Position numbers and translations under genes: made by a program
Origin: Octopus sinensis
Lineage: Eukaryota
NCBI RefSeq assembly: GCF_006345805.1
Contig: NC_043004.1
Location: 96,472,001 to 96,536,000, forward strand
Length of the DNA: 64,000 nucleotides
Reading direction: 5' to 3'
Notes under the pieces: model-generated
Seen by the model: the letters and a program-made list of their open reading frames with translations, nothing else
Told to the model about the DNA's origin: nothing
Database searches by the model: none
In this document: positions 35,801 to 48,765 of the stretch, piece by piece
Layout: each line of letters opens with the position of its first letter
Numbering within the stretch: position 1 is the stretch's first letter

Positions 35801-38013
35801 ATATTTATTCAATTGTGTTCTAAAGTATGATATGTTATATGCTTTGTCTCAGTCTACTTAAATGTAAATATGCAACATTCTTATTTAAGTGATGTTTAGG
35901 TATATTGCAGTAGCATCGAATGTTCATGGTGTGTGAACCACACAGCCATACATACAGAGCAGCTACTTTATATAAGTATGCTATGCTTAATATAGTCAAA
36001 TGTATGTCACATTTTTTTTTAAAAAAAGGCAGCCAATTTGGCTACCATACAGGGTGGCCGAAATGCACACAATGCCACTGGGTGATTAACAGATATCAAA
36101 ATTAGAAAGATAATTTCAAATGTTCGTATAAAATAATTAAAAACCAATAAATATTTCTTATATGTGAAAGATCTATATAAAGATGCAAACATAAGATTAA
36201 AGTATATATTCAGGCAAGCACTAAAGAAAAATAACTTAATTGGCTGGCTTCCTGTTGAGTTTGGCCTTACTTTTTGTTCTTACAGAAGAGATAAAATGTG
36301 TGTCAATTAAATATTGTGGTTCCCTTTCTTCTTTCAAGTGTGTGCTCATATACAAGTGTCATAAATCAATATTATTTTTACCAGCAGATTTGTTAGAGAA
36401 CTGTATAGAATGCAATGAATAATTTGGTTCAACTCGCTGCACTCTGAGCTGAAGGTCAACTTTGCCTTTATCCTTTCAAAGTTAATAAAAAAAAAAAAGT
36501 GTACCAGTCCAAGATGGATTGGTAGACTTGTGAGTATGTAAAACAGTTTGCTTTGAGGTGTGTTCCATATTTGTTCATGTTGAGTTCAATTTGCACTTTG
36601 TTCCTGAAAACTATAACATTTCTGCCAAAAAATATGACTAACAGATGGTAGCAGTTTGAAAATGCAACAGAAACATAGTTTCCTTGGTTAAATTGGAAGA
36701 TCATCTGCCATCAGCTGATATCAGTAAAGACAATCAACTGTGGACAAATCATTCATTATCAGAAATCTTGTACACAAGGATAAACCTTGTTATTTACTAA
36801 GATGTTTGCAAGAAAGTAGTACATTTGCTGGTGTAAAATAAGCAATATTTTGGAAATAAATATTAAAATGGGACATGATCCTATATGATTTATAGATAGC
36901 TGTGTGATGAAAGCATGTAAAATAATCAAAACTTTGGACAAAAGATGCTAAGAAATTGTTGGTTTGGAGTGACCTGATGGCATGTTCAGGTCATGTCAAA
37001 CTGATAAGCTTTACAGGTAATTTAAAACCTGATCCTACACAAGCAGAGACCAAATAATGGGTAGTTTGCTAAAAGCGCCATAATTCATAACCAATTTACA
37101 AGTGTTTTAGAAGAGTTCAATTTACGCTGGCAATGGAAATAATAAGGGAGTTTGTTTGAATTAAACAGGTGAACTGTAAACTAATTGCAGGTATTGGAAA
37201 TCACTCAAATTCCAGCTTTCACATTATTAAATGGTGTAAATAATAGCAATTGTAAATACACAGAAAAACAATGAAGAAATATCTTTGAATTTATTTTTTC
37301 CTTTCAACTGAAAATTTGTATTTAGCAATGTTGCAATTATTCTTCAATCTAAGATGTCACCTAGACATGTCATAATGTCTTGACACAAATCTAAGAAGAA
37401 ACTATAATGCAGGTTGCATTTTTAATTTAAAAAAGTTGGATTTCAGATTCAACTTTGGGGGAACACTATGTGTATTGTAAAGTTTTACTATTGCCTTCAA
37501 AGACTACAACCACATCTAATCAGTAACATCGAACACATTAAGAATATATTTAAATGTTAAATGCTTGTCAGGTCACTCTTGAGTGCTACTGGTAACATGT
37601 AATGCAATACAACCTGTCGCATGGTTGGGTTGTTGGTGACTAAACCAGAAACCCCACCAAGCTTGCTTGGTGAGGAAGGTTATTTTGACATTCTATGGAA
37701 TGAAAGACCAAACCCATCAGAGGGCTGAGGAACTCATAAGAGTCAACAGCCATCCAACAGCATGTATGTATATATATATATATGTATACACACACACATA
37801 CATATATATATAATTTAAATAATGAGGAAGATAAATTGAATATTAATTTAATTAATATCAATTTAAAACCAGTAGCCTAGCATACAAAAATCTAAAAAAT
37901 CAGAGAAAATTCTAATACATGTGTATATTTAAAGAGTTAAAAACCACTATGTGGTCAGCCATATGCTAGAAGTAGATTACATACGATCAAACTACAAAGA
38001 AAAGAATGTTCTC

Positions 38014-38076
<63 letters not shown>

Positions 38077-38112
38077 TTACATACACACACATATATATAT
38101 ATCTTCATTCAG

Positions 38113-38215
38113 CAAAACCACACGATGCAGCCTGGAGCAGAAGAGCCTCTTCAGTCAATGGTTAGTCTAGGGTCAACCAATCTAGTTAGTGGATTACAGT
38201 CAGATGATAGAACTG
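38113..38215 (+). CDS. candidate coding exon (QNHTMQPGAEEPLQSMVSLGSTNLVSGLQSDDRTG)
   Basis: cttcattcag| acceptor, CTG|GTAATT donor (alternative ATG|GTTAGT at 38160), open frame, GC-richer block. Confidence 0.33.
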
Positions 38216-38974
38216 GTAATTTATGAACTCACTAGCTACTTGAAAACACCATGGAGTTCTGGAACCTCATAGTGTCACCAACTGAAGTTGGACGACTAAT
38301 AATATTAAATAACAAATGCTTGGATTTTCTAGAAATTTTGGTTTGCTGAGAGACTGTAGAGAGATTGTTATAATAGATAACAGAGCCATCAGCTAACATG
38401 TGATCCCTTCTTTTTCTTTTTCCTTCTGTTTTATGACTGGTACCCATATTCAGAAAATACAAGATTATAAGAAAGACTCTTCAGGCTCCTAATTTCTACT
38501 ATTGCTTTTCATGAGATCTGTTGTGTTAGATATCAATGATTACTGACTGAATCATAATTTTCACAAGTCTACCTTATCATAATAAAATCTCTATTTTTAT
38601 TTTTCAACTCAGCAGACTGCAACACTAATTAATTGTCATCTTCACTTGTTATAACACTCTCGACACAATAAACACTGAACTAACAACCTCAAGTAACATG
38701 TCAACACCTGAATAGTAAGCAAACTCATTTTTTAAAACCCTTCCAAAATCTGCCACTAAGGTCTACATGAAGAAGATGGAAGAACTTGGTAGAAGCACAC
38801 TTTTTAACTAGAATTTCATACTGAAAAGCAAAGACCATTTGCCAATATAATGTAGCAGTCCTGGACTGGATAAATGTTACTGTTGTTCAGCCCCAAGAAA
38901 CGTTGTTTCCAGCTGGCTATATGACACAGTAACTGTGTCCTTACATTTTTGAACATGTTTCTTTTCAATACGCA

Positions 38975-39345
38975 TAGGAGTGGCTGTGTGGTATGTAGCT
39001 TGCTTACCAACCACATGGTTCCAGGTTCAGTCCCACTGTGTGGCACCTTGGGCAAGTGTCTTTTACTATAGCCTCGGGTCGACCAAAGCCTTGTGAGTGG
39101 ATTTGGTAGACAGAAACTGAAAGAAGCCTGTCGTACATATGTGTTTGTGTGCGTGTGTGTTTGCGTGTCTGTGTTTGTCACCCCAACATTACTTGACAAC
39201 ATATATATATGTATATCTGCGTGCATGTGTATTTATGTGTTTATGTTTGTCCCCCCAACATTGCTTGACAACTGATGGTGGTCTGTTTACGTCCCTGTAA
39301 CTTAGTGGTTCAGCAAAGAGACTGATAGAATAAGTACGAAGCTTA
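38975..39345 (+). mobile_element. SINE family A, 3'-truncated, with ~80-bp internal duplication
   Basis: tgtttgtc.ccccaacatt.cttgacaac occurs twice. Confidence 0.88.
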
Positions 39346-39633
39346 CTTATTTTACGAGGCTTACACCATGGTGTAACACACTATGGTGTGGTAAACTTTC
39401 AAACCCTAGTCTAGATTGCGAATCCTCTGTATCCCAGGATGGTTCAGCTTTCTACCTGTTAAAAGCCACCGTTTACGGAATGAGGAATACAACATAGCTT
39501 TTGCGCCCGTACAACCACCAGTCTATTGCGTATGGTGGGTGGATCTTCAAGTTGCCACACGCATTCTTAGTAGCTTAGAGTAGGTTCGAGTTAGAGATTA
39601 TTCTTTGTGGCTAATGGCGTGGAGTCCTGATTG

Positions 39634-39845
39634 GAAGAAGAAGAAGAAGAAGAAGAAGAAGAGAAGGAGAAGGAGAAGAAGAAGAAGAAAAAGAAGAAGA
39701 AGCAACAGCAGTAGTAGCAGCAGTAGCAATGACAACAACAACTACAGCAATAACAGCAGCTGCAGCAACAACAACAACAACAGCAACAATACTAACGAAG
39801 GCAGTAATACTAGGAACAATAATGATGATGGCAATGACAAGAAGA
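39634..39845. repeat. compound (GAA)n-(CAG/TAG)n-(CAA)n low-complexity tract
   Basis: Directly visible. Confidence 0.85.
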
Positions 39846-40024
39846 ACAACAAATTCACTACTGCAAACGTCTTCTCTACAATTGCTGATGCACCACGAAA
39901 AAACAGCCAAAGTATTTTAAAGCTGTTAGCTAAACAGAATATTGGAATGGCAAATATTTATGATACATTGAAACTCTAGAATTTCTTAACACTATTTTGA
40001 TGGATTAACATCCGACCTCTTTAG

Positions 40025-40065
40025 GAGAATCTGCTCAGCCATTTGATATTACTGAGAGAACTGCA
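40025..40065 (+). CDS. candidate exon ([13 protein letters not shown], phase 1-0)
   Basis: ttaac branch-like site, cctctttag| acceptor, GCA|GTAACT donor; phase-compatible with 38113-38215. Confidence 0.27.
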
Positions 40066-40143
40066 GTAACTTATGGCCTGCAAAATGATGTATAATGACG
40101 TATATGACACATACACAACCACACACACACATGTGTGCGTGTG

Positions 40144-40174
<31 letters not shown>

Positions 40175-40206
40175 TTCTACAGATATATATATATATATAT
40201 TTATAC

Positions 40207-40254
<48 letters not shown>

Positions 40255-40264
40255 ATGTTGTTCC

Positions 40265-40523
40265 TTCTTGAGCCATGCCTGGCTCATAAGGGTCAGTTTC
40301 CTGGTTTCATTGGTGTATGGGTTCCCCACATATAGATGCAGAAGGAAAGAGTGAGAGAAAGTTGTGGCGAACGAGCAAGCAGAAGTTTGCCATTACCTTC
40401 TGGCGGAGCAGCATGGAGCTTAAGTGTTTTGCTCATAAACACACACATCGGCTGGTCTGAGATTCGAACCTGCGATCCCTCGACCGCGAGTTCACTGCTC
40501 TAACCACTAGGCCATGTTCCGCC
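40265..40523 (-). mobile_element. SINE family C variant
   Basis: gagattcgaacc..gaccgcgagt..ctaaccactaggcca tRNA head on the minus strand; same tail as 57640. Confidence 0.85.
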
Positions 40524-40543
40524 ACACACACACACATATATAT

Positions 40544-41140
40544 ACAAAGTGCAGTGAATAAACTATCGTCTAAATTAGGCAAAAATGAAAATAATACTGA
40601 CATCTCATTTTAACAAATATATTTACCAAAATTACATAAAAATATTTCGAAATATGAAAGATTAAATTTATTCAATAAAATCGCCATTGACTTCAACCAT
40701 GCCTTCCAGATGACTTCAGAATCTCCTGCAACTCTTTTTGACAGTCTTCTTGTTTAACTTGATGAATGCTGCCATAATCTCTGTCTTCAGTTATCTTTGG
40801 TGTTACCAGGAATTTTGTTGGTTTCTCACTCAACTGCACCCCACATATAATAATCAAGGGTGTTGCAGTCTGGGGAGTTAGGTGGCCAGATGTTAGGGGT
40901 GATGTGGTCACAGAAATTGTTCTAACAGCCATGATTGGGTTCTACTACTTGTGTGGGATGGTGCAGAGTCCTGTTGCCAGACATAAGATCTTCCAGTAGC
41001 CACCCTCTTGATCCAGGGCGGCACTATTTCCTCCAGGTACTTGATGTAGGCCTCTGTGTTGACGCTGAGGCTGTGTGGGAAGATGAATGGAGGTATAACA
41101 TTGCCATCACTAGTGATCACTTCAAACAGAAGACTGTTGT
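40544..41140 (-). mobile_element. Tc1/mariner DD37D (maT) transposase 3' half, decayed
   Basis: VITSDGNVIPPFIF..YIKYLEEIVPPWIK..YVWQQDSAPSH..(frameshift)..WPPNSPDCNTLDYYMWG; 37 residues between the last two aspartates after frame repair; TA at the right terminus. Confidence 0.9.
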
Positions 41141-41157
41141 GCATGTATATATATATA

Positions 41158-41206
<49 letters not shown>

Positions 41207-41214
41207 GTACTGAT

Positions 41215-41400
41215 CTCTAATTATGGAGGAGACGTGTGAAAGGGGGTAGACCCAAAAAGATGTGAGACGAAGTGGTGAGAAAGGATCTTCAGTCTTTGGG
41301 TGTCACAGAGGAGATGACTAACAAGGAAATAAGACTTCAGTTTACTGTACTTGAGAATATATGTGAAGCAAAGTAAAATCATGTATGTTAATGCAAGCAG
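41215..41400 (+). mobile_element. RTE LINE C-terminal fragment
   Basis: GGRPKKM*DEVVRKDLQSLGVTEEMT. Confidence 0.7.
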
Positions 41401-41509
41401 GCATATCCTTAACACCCCTCTCTCAGCCAAGGCTACCTGTGGGATGTGAGACCACATCTCCTGTAGACACGACAGGCAATGTACCAATGGACCAAAGCAA
41501 TCTCTCAGA

Positions 41510-41720
41510 TTTCATCATCATCATCATCATTAACATCCTTGTTCTTGCTGGCATGGGTTAGATGGTTTGACTGGAACTGGTAAGCCAGAGAGCTGCACAA
41601 GCTTCCAGACTGACTTGGCATGGTTTCTAAGGCTGGATGTCCTTCCTAATGTTAACCATTTCAAGAGTGTAGTGAGTGCTTTTAATGTATCACCAGCATG
41701 GGTGCCTTTTATGTGTCACT
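41510..41720 (-). mobile_element. RTE-tail repeat
   Basis: (CAT)n then gctggcatgggttagatggtttgactgg..ggctggatgtccttcctaatg. Confidence 0.75.
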
Positions 41721-41859
41721 GCTAATCACATGTTTAATGTCTTCCCCAGAAATATGACTTAATCTACATCTTTGGTTGCATCTTAGCACTGGAAGGGCTC
41801 ACTGCCACTTTGGTTGATTGGGTATTTAGTAGTATTCTCCAGAATATATTTAATAATAA

Positions 41860-42080
41860 TAATGATGACGGTTTCAAATTTTGGCACAAGGCCAGCAATT
41901 TCGGGATGGGGTGAGGGTGGGGAACTCAGTACGTGAAGACTGACTGCTGCTAAGTATTTTGGCCTAAATTTCGGCACAGGGCCTAACAATTTTGAAGGGT
42001 GCTCAGCTGGTACTTTATTTCATAAAAGGCAAAAGAATGAGAGGAAAAGTTGATCTCAGTGGGATTTGAACTCAGAATTT
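41860..42080 (-). mobile_element. SINE family B fragments
   Basis: ggtttcaaattttggcacaaggccagc tail and aaagttgatctcagtgggatttgaactcag core. Confidence 0.65.
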
Positions 42081-42249
42081 TGGTTGAGAAGATCCAGGAG
42101 AAAGAGCAGAAAACATTTTTTCCAGCAAGCTGATGGTTTTATAAAATAACAACAACAATAGCAACAAGAACAACATAATGCTTCAAGTGTGTGATGTGAT
42201 ATAATGGTCACAATTCCAAGAGAGGTTTAGCTTCATATCAGTATTACTA

Positions 42250-42710
42250 TCTTCTTCAAGACTTCAGGAAACATAATCATACATAATTTTTCTTTTGGTA
42301 TACTGAGCCTTTCACATCCAGGTCTTCATTGAAATATACTAGGCCAGCTATTTCGGCATTGTATGGGAGGTCATTAGGAAGAGAGTGCTTCCAGAGGAGT
42401 TCACTGCTGACACATTAAATATTACTCTCTTCACATTTCAGTAGTAAGTTAATGTATTTATTTTTACTGCAGTTGTTTAGCAAGTGCTGTCTGAGAGAGA
42501 TTATATGACGAAGGTATCTGCACTGATCTCAAGCCTCTATCTCCTTTATCACATCTGTGGTTGATCCTGTTGATATCACTGTAGCACTATTCTTGTGGAA
42601 ATTTTCAGTTGATATCAGTATCTTGTGGGTTTTAATGTCGAGTGGAATTTTTCTACAGATCAGTTGAGCATCCCAAATATTGGAATCAGCACTGGTACTG
42701 TAAATGAATT
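42250..42710 (-). mobile_element. decayed LINE reverse transcriptase C-terminal fragment
   Basis: One frame with two stops: LICRKIPLDIKTHKILIS..EIEA*DQCRYLRHIIS.., resembling the GL.I...KTK.L ... E.VD.FKYLGS.IS motifs. Confidence 0.6.
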
Positions 42711-43313
42711 GTGGGATATATATGAATGTATGTATGTATGTATGTATTGCGAATGGCTGATTTAAAAACAAGGCTTGTATTCTTAGGTTGAAAGTTGTTA
42801 ATTTGAATCTTAGTGAAGTTGTATGCTGTACATATTTGTGATCAAGACCTCATGTGAGGAACCTGCTGCTTTTTTTGTTACAAATCTGAATTTTCCATTA
42901 AAAATACATTTTGTTTATTCCATAGTATTATTATATTCTAATGTTCATAAATTATATAAAAAAAAATTATATAAAAAATATCACGAAAGAAAGCAAGCAA
43001 ATTTACATTTTTTATTTCTTACTTTACAATTAATAATTACATTTTTGCAATAAATGTAATTACATGTAATAAATTTTTCATGAACACAGCCTTATTAAAT
43101 TACATTTAATTGAATATGGTCGTCATATATTGTATAATAAAAAACGAGGTTCCTCACCTCTGTATTTGATACTTAACTCATCTTAACCTACAATTAACAT
43201 ACTGCTTCACATATTATTGAATGTCTTCGTTTATATCAATGGTTCTTAAATGTTTTTAGCTGCTCAGCATCTTCTTTCATTGAATGGTGTTTTGCAATCC
43301 TTCCTTCATATAC

Positions 43314-43718
43314 TCTTTTACTCTTTTACTTGTTTCAGTCATTTGACTGCGGCCATGCTGGAGCACCGCCTTTAATCGAGCAACTCGACCCCGAGACTTA
43401 TTCTTTTGTAAGCCCAGTACTTATTCTATCGGTCTGTTTTGCCGAACCGCTAAGTAACAGGGACATAAACACACCAGCATCGGTTGTCAAGCAATGCTAG
43501 GGGGACAAACACAGACACACAAATACACACACGCATATATATATATATACATATATACGACAGGCTTCTTTCAGTTTCCGTCTACCAAATCTACTCACAA
43601 GGCTTTGGTCGGCCCAAGGCTATAGTAGAAGACACTTGCCCAAGGTGCCACACAGTGGGACTGAACCCAGAACCGTGTGGCTGGTAAGCAAGCTACTTAC
43701 CACACAGCTACTCCTGCG
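43314..43718 (-). mobile_element. SINE family A
   Basis: Full match. Confidence 0.93.
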
Positions 43719-43904
43719 AGAAAAAAAAAAAAAACGTTATACTGCAGCAGCTTATTTTAATCAAACAATAGCTAACTATGCATAATAGTTTATTGTCCTT
43801 GTGTTCATAATTTATCTCATCCAACATACGCATGTAGAGCATTGCCATGAACATGTAACAGATGCAGGCTAGCCATCAAACTGGTCTGCAGAGAAGGTAC
43901 TTCT

Positions 43905-44500
43905 GGTTAAGATCATCATCAACATTGTTTGACCGTGGTCGAGACAATGGAATTTACCATGCTACGCCAGACTTCACAGTCCATCATGGCATTACAGAGG
44001 TCCTGTTGCTGGATGCCTGTATCCCTGGAGATTACATCAGGGTAGGAGAGTGTGCACCCTCTGGTATTGCAAGTAGATGGCTTCCAGAGGAGAAGAGTAG
44101 AAATTGCCTCGTTTTCAGCTCTACAACAATGTCCAGAAAACTGGACTCTCCTACCTTTCACAAGAGATGACACAGGTGGTAGTTTCCCATATATTTGCAT
44201 TTTGGTTGGATGGCGCTTCGACAAGAGATTTTGAGCTCTCATCAGGAGGCGAGTGTAGGTTCCATCCAACTGCCTCTCGAAGAGTGTGCGCCCTCTGGTA
44301 TTGCGAGTAGATGGCTTCCAGAGGAGAAGAGTAGAAATTGCCTCGTTTTCAGCTCTACAACAATGTCCAGAAAACTGGACTCTCCTACCTTTCACAAGAG
44401 ATGACACAGGTGGTAGTTTCCCATATATTTGCATTTTGGTTGGATGGCGCTTCCACAAGAGATTTTGAGCTCTCATAAGAAGGCGAGTGTAGGTTAAGAA
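43905..44500 (-). mobile_element. RTE-type LINE 3' end with in-frame 234-bp tandem duplication
   Basis: RRVQFSGHCCRAENEAISTLLLWKP occurs twice, 78 aa apart; C-terminus YPDVISRDTG..AMMDCEVWRSMV; short (GAT) tail. Confidence 0.88.
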
Positions 44501-44924
44501 GTAAATGTGACTGGAGGTTTAAATGGCTGGTCGTACTTTCCCACACCGAGTAGATGATTGAAACGGAATGACTGATACTGTGACACACTCAGGCTTCTGA
44601 TTATTTTTATGCACAGCTTAACAATGCCATATGCATATTTTTAGATATTTGTATGGATTAGTGCCACCAATGTTAAAATTTTATGGGAATTCTTAAAGAA
44701 AATGAAGATTTCTTGCTCATTCATTTTCATTTGTTTTGTTTTAACATTTGTTATTCCATGCTAGCATAAGTAAGATGAATATAGCTGGATGTCCTACCTG
44801 CTGCTAACACTTATCTTATATTCATATAAGGGATTTCTTCTTCCTCGTGACTTTGAAGGTACAAAGCTGGTAGGGAATTTGTTTATAACAACATTACTAT
44901 TGGTAGGTTTGTGATTTTTCTACG

Positions 44925-45326
44925 AGGAGTGGCTGTGCAGTAAGTAGCTTGCTTACCAGCCACATGGTTCCGGGTTCATTTCCACTGCATGGCACCTTGG
45001 GCAAGTGTCTTCTACTATAGCCTCAGGTCGACCAAAGCCTTGTGAGTGGATTAGGTAGACTGAAACAGAAAGAAGCCCGTCGTATATATGTATGCATGTG
45101 TGTTGTGTGTGTGTGTGTGTTTATGTGTTTGTGTTTGTCCCCCCCAACATTGCTTGACAACTGATGGTGGTGTGTTTACGTTCCTGTAACTTAGCAGTTC
45201 GGCAAAAGAGGTTGATAGAATAAGTACTAAGCTTACAAAAAATAAGTCCTGGGGTTGATTTGCTCAAATAAAGGCGGTGCTCCTGCATGGCCACAGTAAA
45301 ATGACTGAAACAAGTAAAAGAGTAAA
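44925..45326 (+). mobile_element. SINE family A
   Basis: Full match. Confidence 0.92.
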
Positions 45327-45702
45327 AACACATGGACACACAAATATGCATACTTATATGTATAGAAATACACACACACACACACACACACTCACACATA
45401 TATAGATACATAGATAGATGAGATGAAATTATAATGGACCTTTGTACATTACCAGTATAGTTTCTGATCAAAGATAACAGACCTTAAATCTGACAAAGAC
45501 TTTTTGAAAATAAAAATGTCTTAAAAATATATATAGTCTTCCTGGTTTAAATATTTTAATTCTAAGAAAAATTATAACTGCTTGTAAACACACACTATCC
45601 TCTGTGGCTCTTCTTTTATATTAGCCCCTCCCCATTGGGGATTTCACAATGCTGAAAGCAATGACTGTTTCCCAGACTAAGAACCACTGCATATAGATCA
45701 TA

Positions 45703-46030
45703 TATGAGGGGTTGTTGAAAAGTTCCTGGCTTTGGGTAAAAGAAAATACAGGAGGATCAACTAATTATGATTTTATTCAATGTATTCCCCTCTCAGATTC
45801 GCACACTTATTGCAGCAGTCCTTCAGTTTTTCTAAACCCTGTAAAAGAACTAGGAAGGTTGCACCTCTAACCAGGCCTTTTGTGATACCCTTAAAGCAAG
45901 GAACTTTCCAGGACCCCATTGTAGACAATACAGGAGTTGTAAAAACATGGTTATTTCCATTATAATCATTCCATGTTTGACCACCCATTTCACAGAAGTG
46001 TTTGCATACTTTTCTTTAATGTATGAATTG
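45703..46030. mobile_element. mariner-like terminal fragment
   Basis: TA then TGAGGGGTTGTTGAAAAGTTCC, resembling mariner TIRs; no matching right TIR found. Confidence 0.55.
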
Positions 46031-46194
46031 AGTGCCTTCTTTATTAGGTAAGACTTATTATGATATTAGAGAGGAAGGCAGTGAGCTGGCAGAGTTGTTA
46101 ACAAGCTGGACGAAATTCTTAGAGACATTTTGTCCAACTTTACATTCTGAATTTGATCCTCTGTGAACACTGTAAAAGGTGTAAGATGTGACAT

Positions 46195-46670
46195 GGACAT
46201 TATGAAAACCAAGTTCCCCAAACTGTGATGGTCTTTGGGCAAGGGTTTGAACAGTGCATTAGGCTCAATTCAGATGGCTATGTGAAGCTGTTGGAGACTG
46301 TAGTCAAGGACTGGCTGGAGAAGATTGCTGCTAGAAGGCCAAATGTGTGACAGCAGGATTTGGCTCCTTGTCATTACTGCCAGAAAGAATCAGAAGTGAT
46401 TGTTGGAGTATTCCTATGACTTCACTCGCTCCAATTTCTGGCCTCCTAATCCCTCTGATTGTAATTCCATGTATTATGATGTACAGGGACTGGTCAAGAA
46501 GGACATCAACTGCTCTGCTTGCAACACCAAGACCAAGTTGGAGGCCAAGATCAAGAAGGTATTTGAATATCCTCCCAGGTACACAGTGAGAACTACATTC
46601 ACCTAGTTCCAGAGCCGTTTCGAGGCCATGGTTCCAGAACCTTCTTGAGGGTAGCTACTTTGTGTAAACT
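46195..46670 (+). mobile_element. Tc1/mariner DD37D (maT) transposase fragment, decayed
   Basis: MKTKFPQTVMVFG..LNSDGYVKLLETVVKDWLEKIAARRPNV*QQDLAPCH..FWPPNPSDCNSMYY..NTKTKLEAKIKKVF. Confidence 0.85.
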
Positions 46671-46857
46671 GTAATCTTCTAGCCATAATGTAGCTGTTGA
46701 GAGCTTCCTGTCTTCTGTGGAAAACATGCCTTGATATGGGAAAATATTACTTTACTGAGAAACAGGAAAAGCATCTAAGTGTAAAAAAAAAAATGCCTCA
46801 ATGAATTTCCGCTGGTCTAGAGGAAAGGAACACTAAAGTAATGACGATAACACATGT

Positions 46858-46892
<35 letters not shown>

Positions 46893-46924
46893 TATTTTCG
46901 TACAGACATACGCACACATTATGT

Positions 46925-47157
46925 ATCGGCGAGCTGGCAGAAGCGTTAGCACGCCGGGCGAAATGCATAGCCGTATTTCGTCTGCCGTTACGTTCTGGGT
47001 TCAAATTCCGCCGAAGTCGACTTTGCCTTTCATCCTTTCGAGGTCGATTAAATTAAGTACCAGTTACGCACTGGGGGCGATGTAATCGACTTAATCCGTT
47101 TGTCTGTCCTTGTTTGTCCCCTCTGTGTTTAGCCCCTTGTGGGTAGTAAAGAAATAT
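46925..47157 (+). mobile_element. SINE family B, full length and young
   Basis: ggcgagctggcagaagcgttagcacgccgggcg..agttcaaattcc-type B box..ttgtgggtagtaaagaaata. Confidence 0.94.
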
Positions 47158-48039
47158 ATATGTAAACCATGACTGTCATTACATATAAGTGAGTGCACTT
47201 GTGTATGTGTGTGTATTTATATATTTATTACATTATAGAGTGCTCCTATCAGTTTCACACATGAGCATTCAGTTGCTCAATTGTTAAGTGCTTGACTGCT
47301 TCTGAATTTACAAAAAACAAACCCCCCACAGTTCTCACAAATTGCCGTGTGAATGATGAAAGAATGGAGTAAATTTCTGACACTTGTGTATACATACGTA
47401 TGTATATCTGTGTGCATATGTGTATGTGTGTTTGAGCATGAATGTGTATGTATGTGCATATGTATGTGTATATATGTGCATGTTTGTATGCATGTGTGCA
47501 GGTATGTATAAGCATGTGAATGTGTATTATTCTTACACCGTTCTTAAGTATATTTCACAATAGACATTACGTTTCTAACTGCACTGTGCTAAAACTTTTC
47601 TTCTTACACTTCAGCAATGATATGTAAAAATTCTTACAAGTAGAAGGCCAAATTCTTATTTACTAAGCCTAATGTGTCGAAATGGCACCATTGTGACACT
47701 TGTTTAAGCAATATCTTTGCTATTTCTGTTCAAAACGAATTGTTATTTTGACACCATCTGTTCTTATGGGAAGTATGATCATGCAGTTTTCCCTGTAAAT
47801 ATTTGATGAAGAAACTATGCAATACAAAATATCTTTACTCTTTCAATTTGCACCACCAAGAAGAAAGAGAAACAATGCAGTAAGTCCACACGAGGGCAAT
47901 GCCAGCATTAAGAAGAATAACAAGAAAATGCCCTTAACAAACATTGAATCCAAGAGTTTTGCTTAGCGTCAGGAGGGATTCACTTTATTTAGTATGAGTG
48001 TGCTTATGGAGGTACATATAAATGTTTATGCCTATATTC

Positions 48040-48069
48040 ATTGATATATATATATATATACATGCACAT

Positions 48070-48122
<53 letters not shown>

Positions 48123-48135
48123 ATATATATATGTG

Positions 48136-48168
<33 letters not shown>

Positions 48169-48185
48169 GTATATGTATATATATA

Positions 48186-48219
<34 letters not shown>

Positions 48220-48238
48220 GTATGTATATATATATATG

Positions 48239-48280
<42 letters not shown>

Positions 48281-48320
48281 AATATATATATATATATATA
48301 CATAAATGTATGTATATATA
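48040..48320. repeat. (TA)n-based array
   Basis: Directly visible. Confidence 0.95.
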
Positions 48321-48504
48321 TGCATGCATGCATTGGCACACGCATTCACGTGAATACTTATAAGAATATATGAGTAAAGTTATATTCGTTAATATTTATT
48401 CATAAATATATATTGATAAATATGGATTTGGATGGGCACATGTGCACAGTTTGCTGATATACGCATATAATTATACATGAACACATCACTATACACACAA
48501 ATAT

Positions 48505-48520
48505 GTGCATAGATATATGC

Positions 48521-48573
<53 letters not shown>

Positions 48574-48729
48574 TTCGCAATCATTCATATATCTATATGC
48601 TTATATATCCATATATATATATGTATATATGTATATATGTTTTATATATATATGTATATATATATATATATATATAGATATATATATATATATATTATAT
48701 ATATATAAAGAAATATATATATACATATA

Positions 48730-48765
<36 letters not shown>

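Noticed and set aside
36049-36200. TA-CAGGGTGGCC Tc1/mariner-like terminus
   Set aside because: No partner TIR or transposase sequence nearby; too short to call.
39605-39979. 124-aa ORF with a protein-like tail (KFTTANVFSTIADAPRKNSQSILKLLAKQ)
   Set aside because: Two thirds is simple repeat, the start is a non-ATG codon, and I found no supporting splice sites or homology.
42330-42443. + strand exon-like peptide ASYFGIVWEVIRKRVLPEEFTADTLNITLFTFQ ending at GTAAGT
   Set aside because: It is the codon-for-codon antisense of a decayed LINE RT frame that extends well beyond it on the minus strand.
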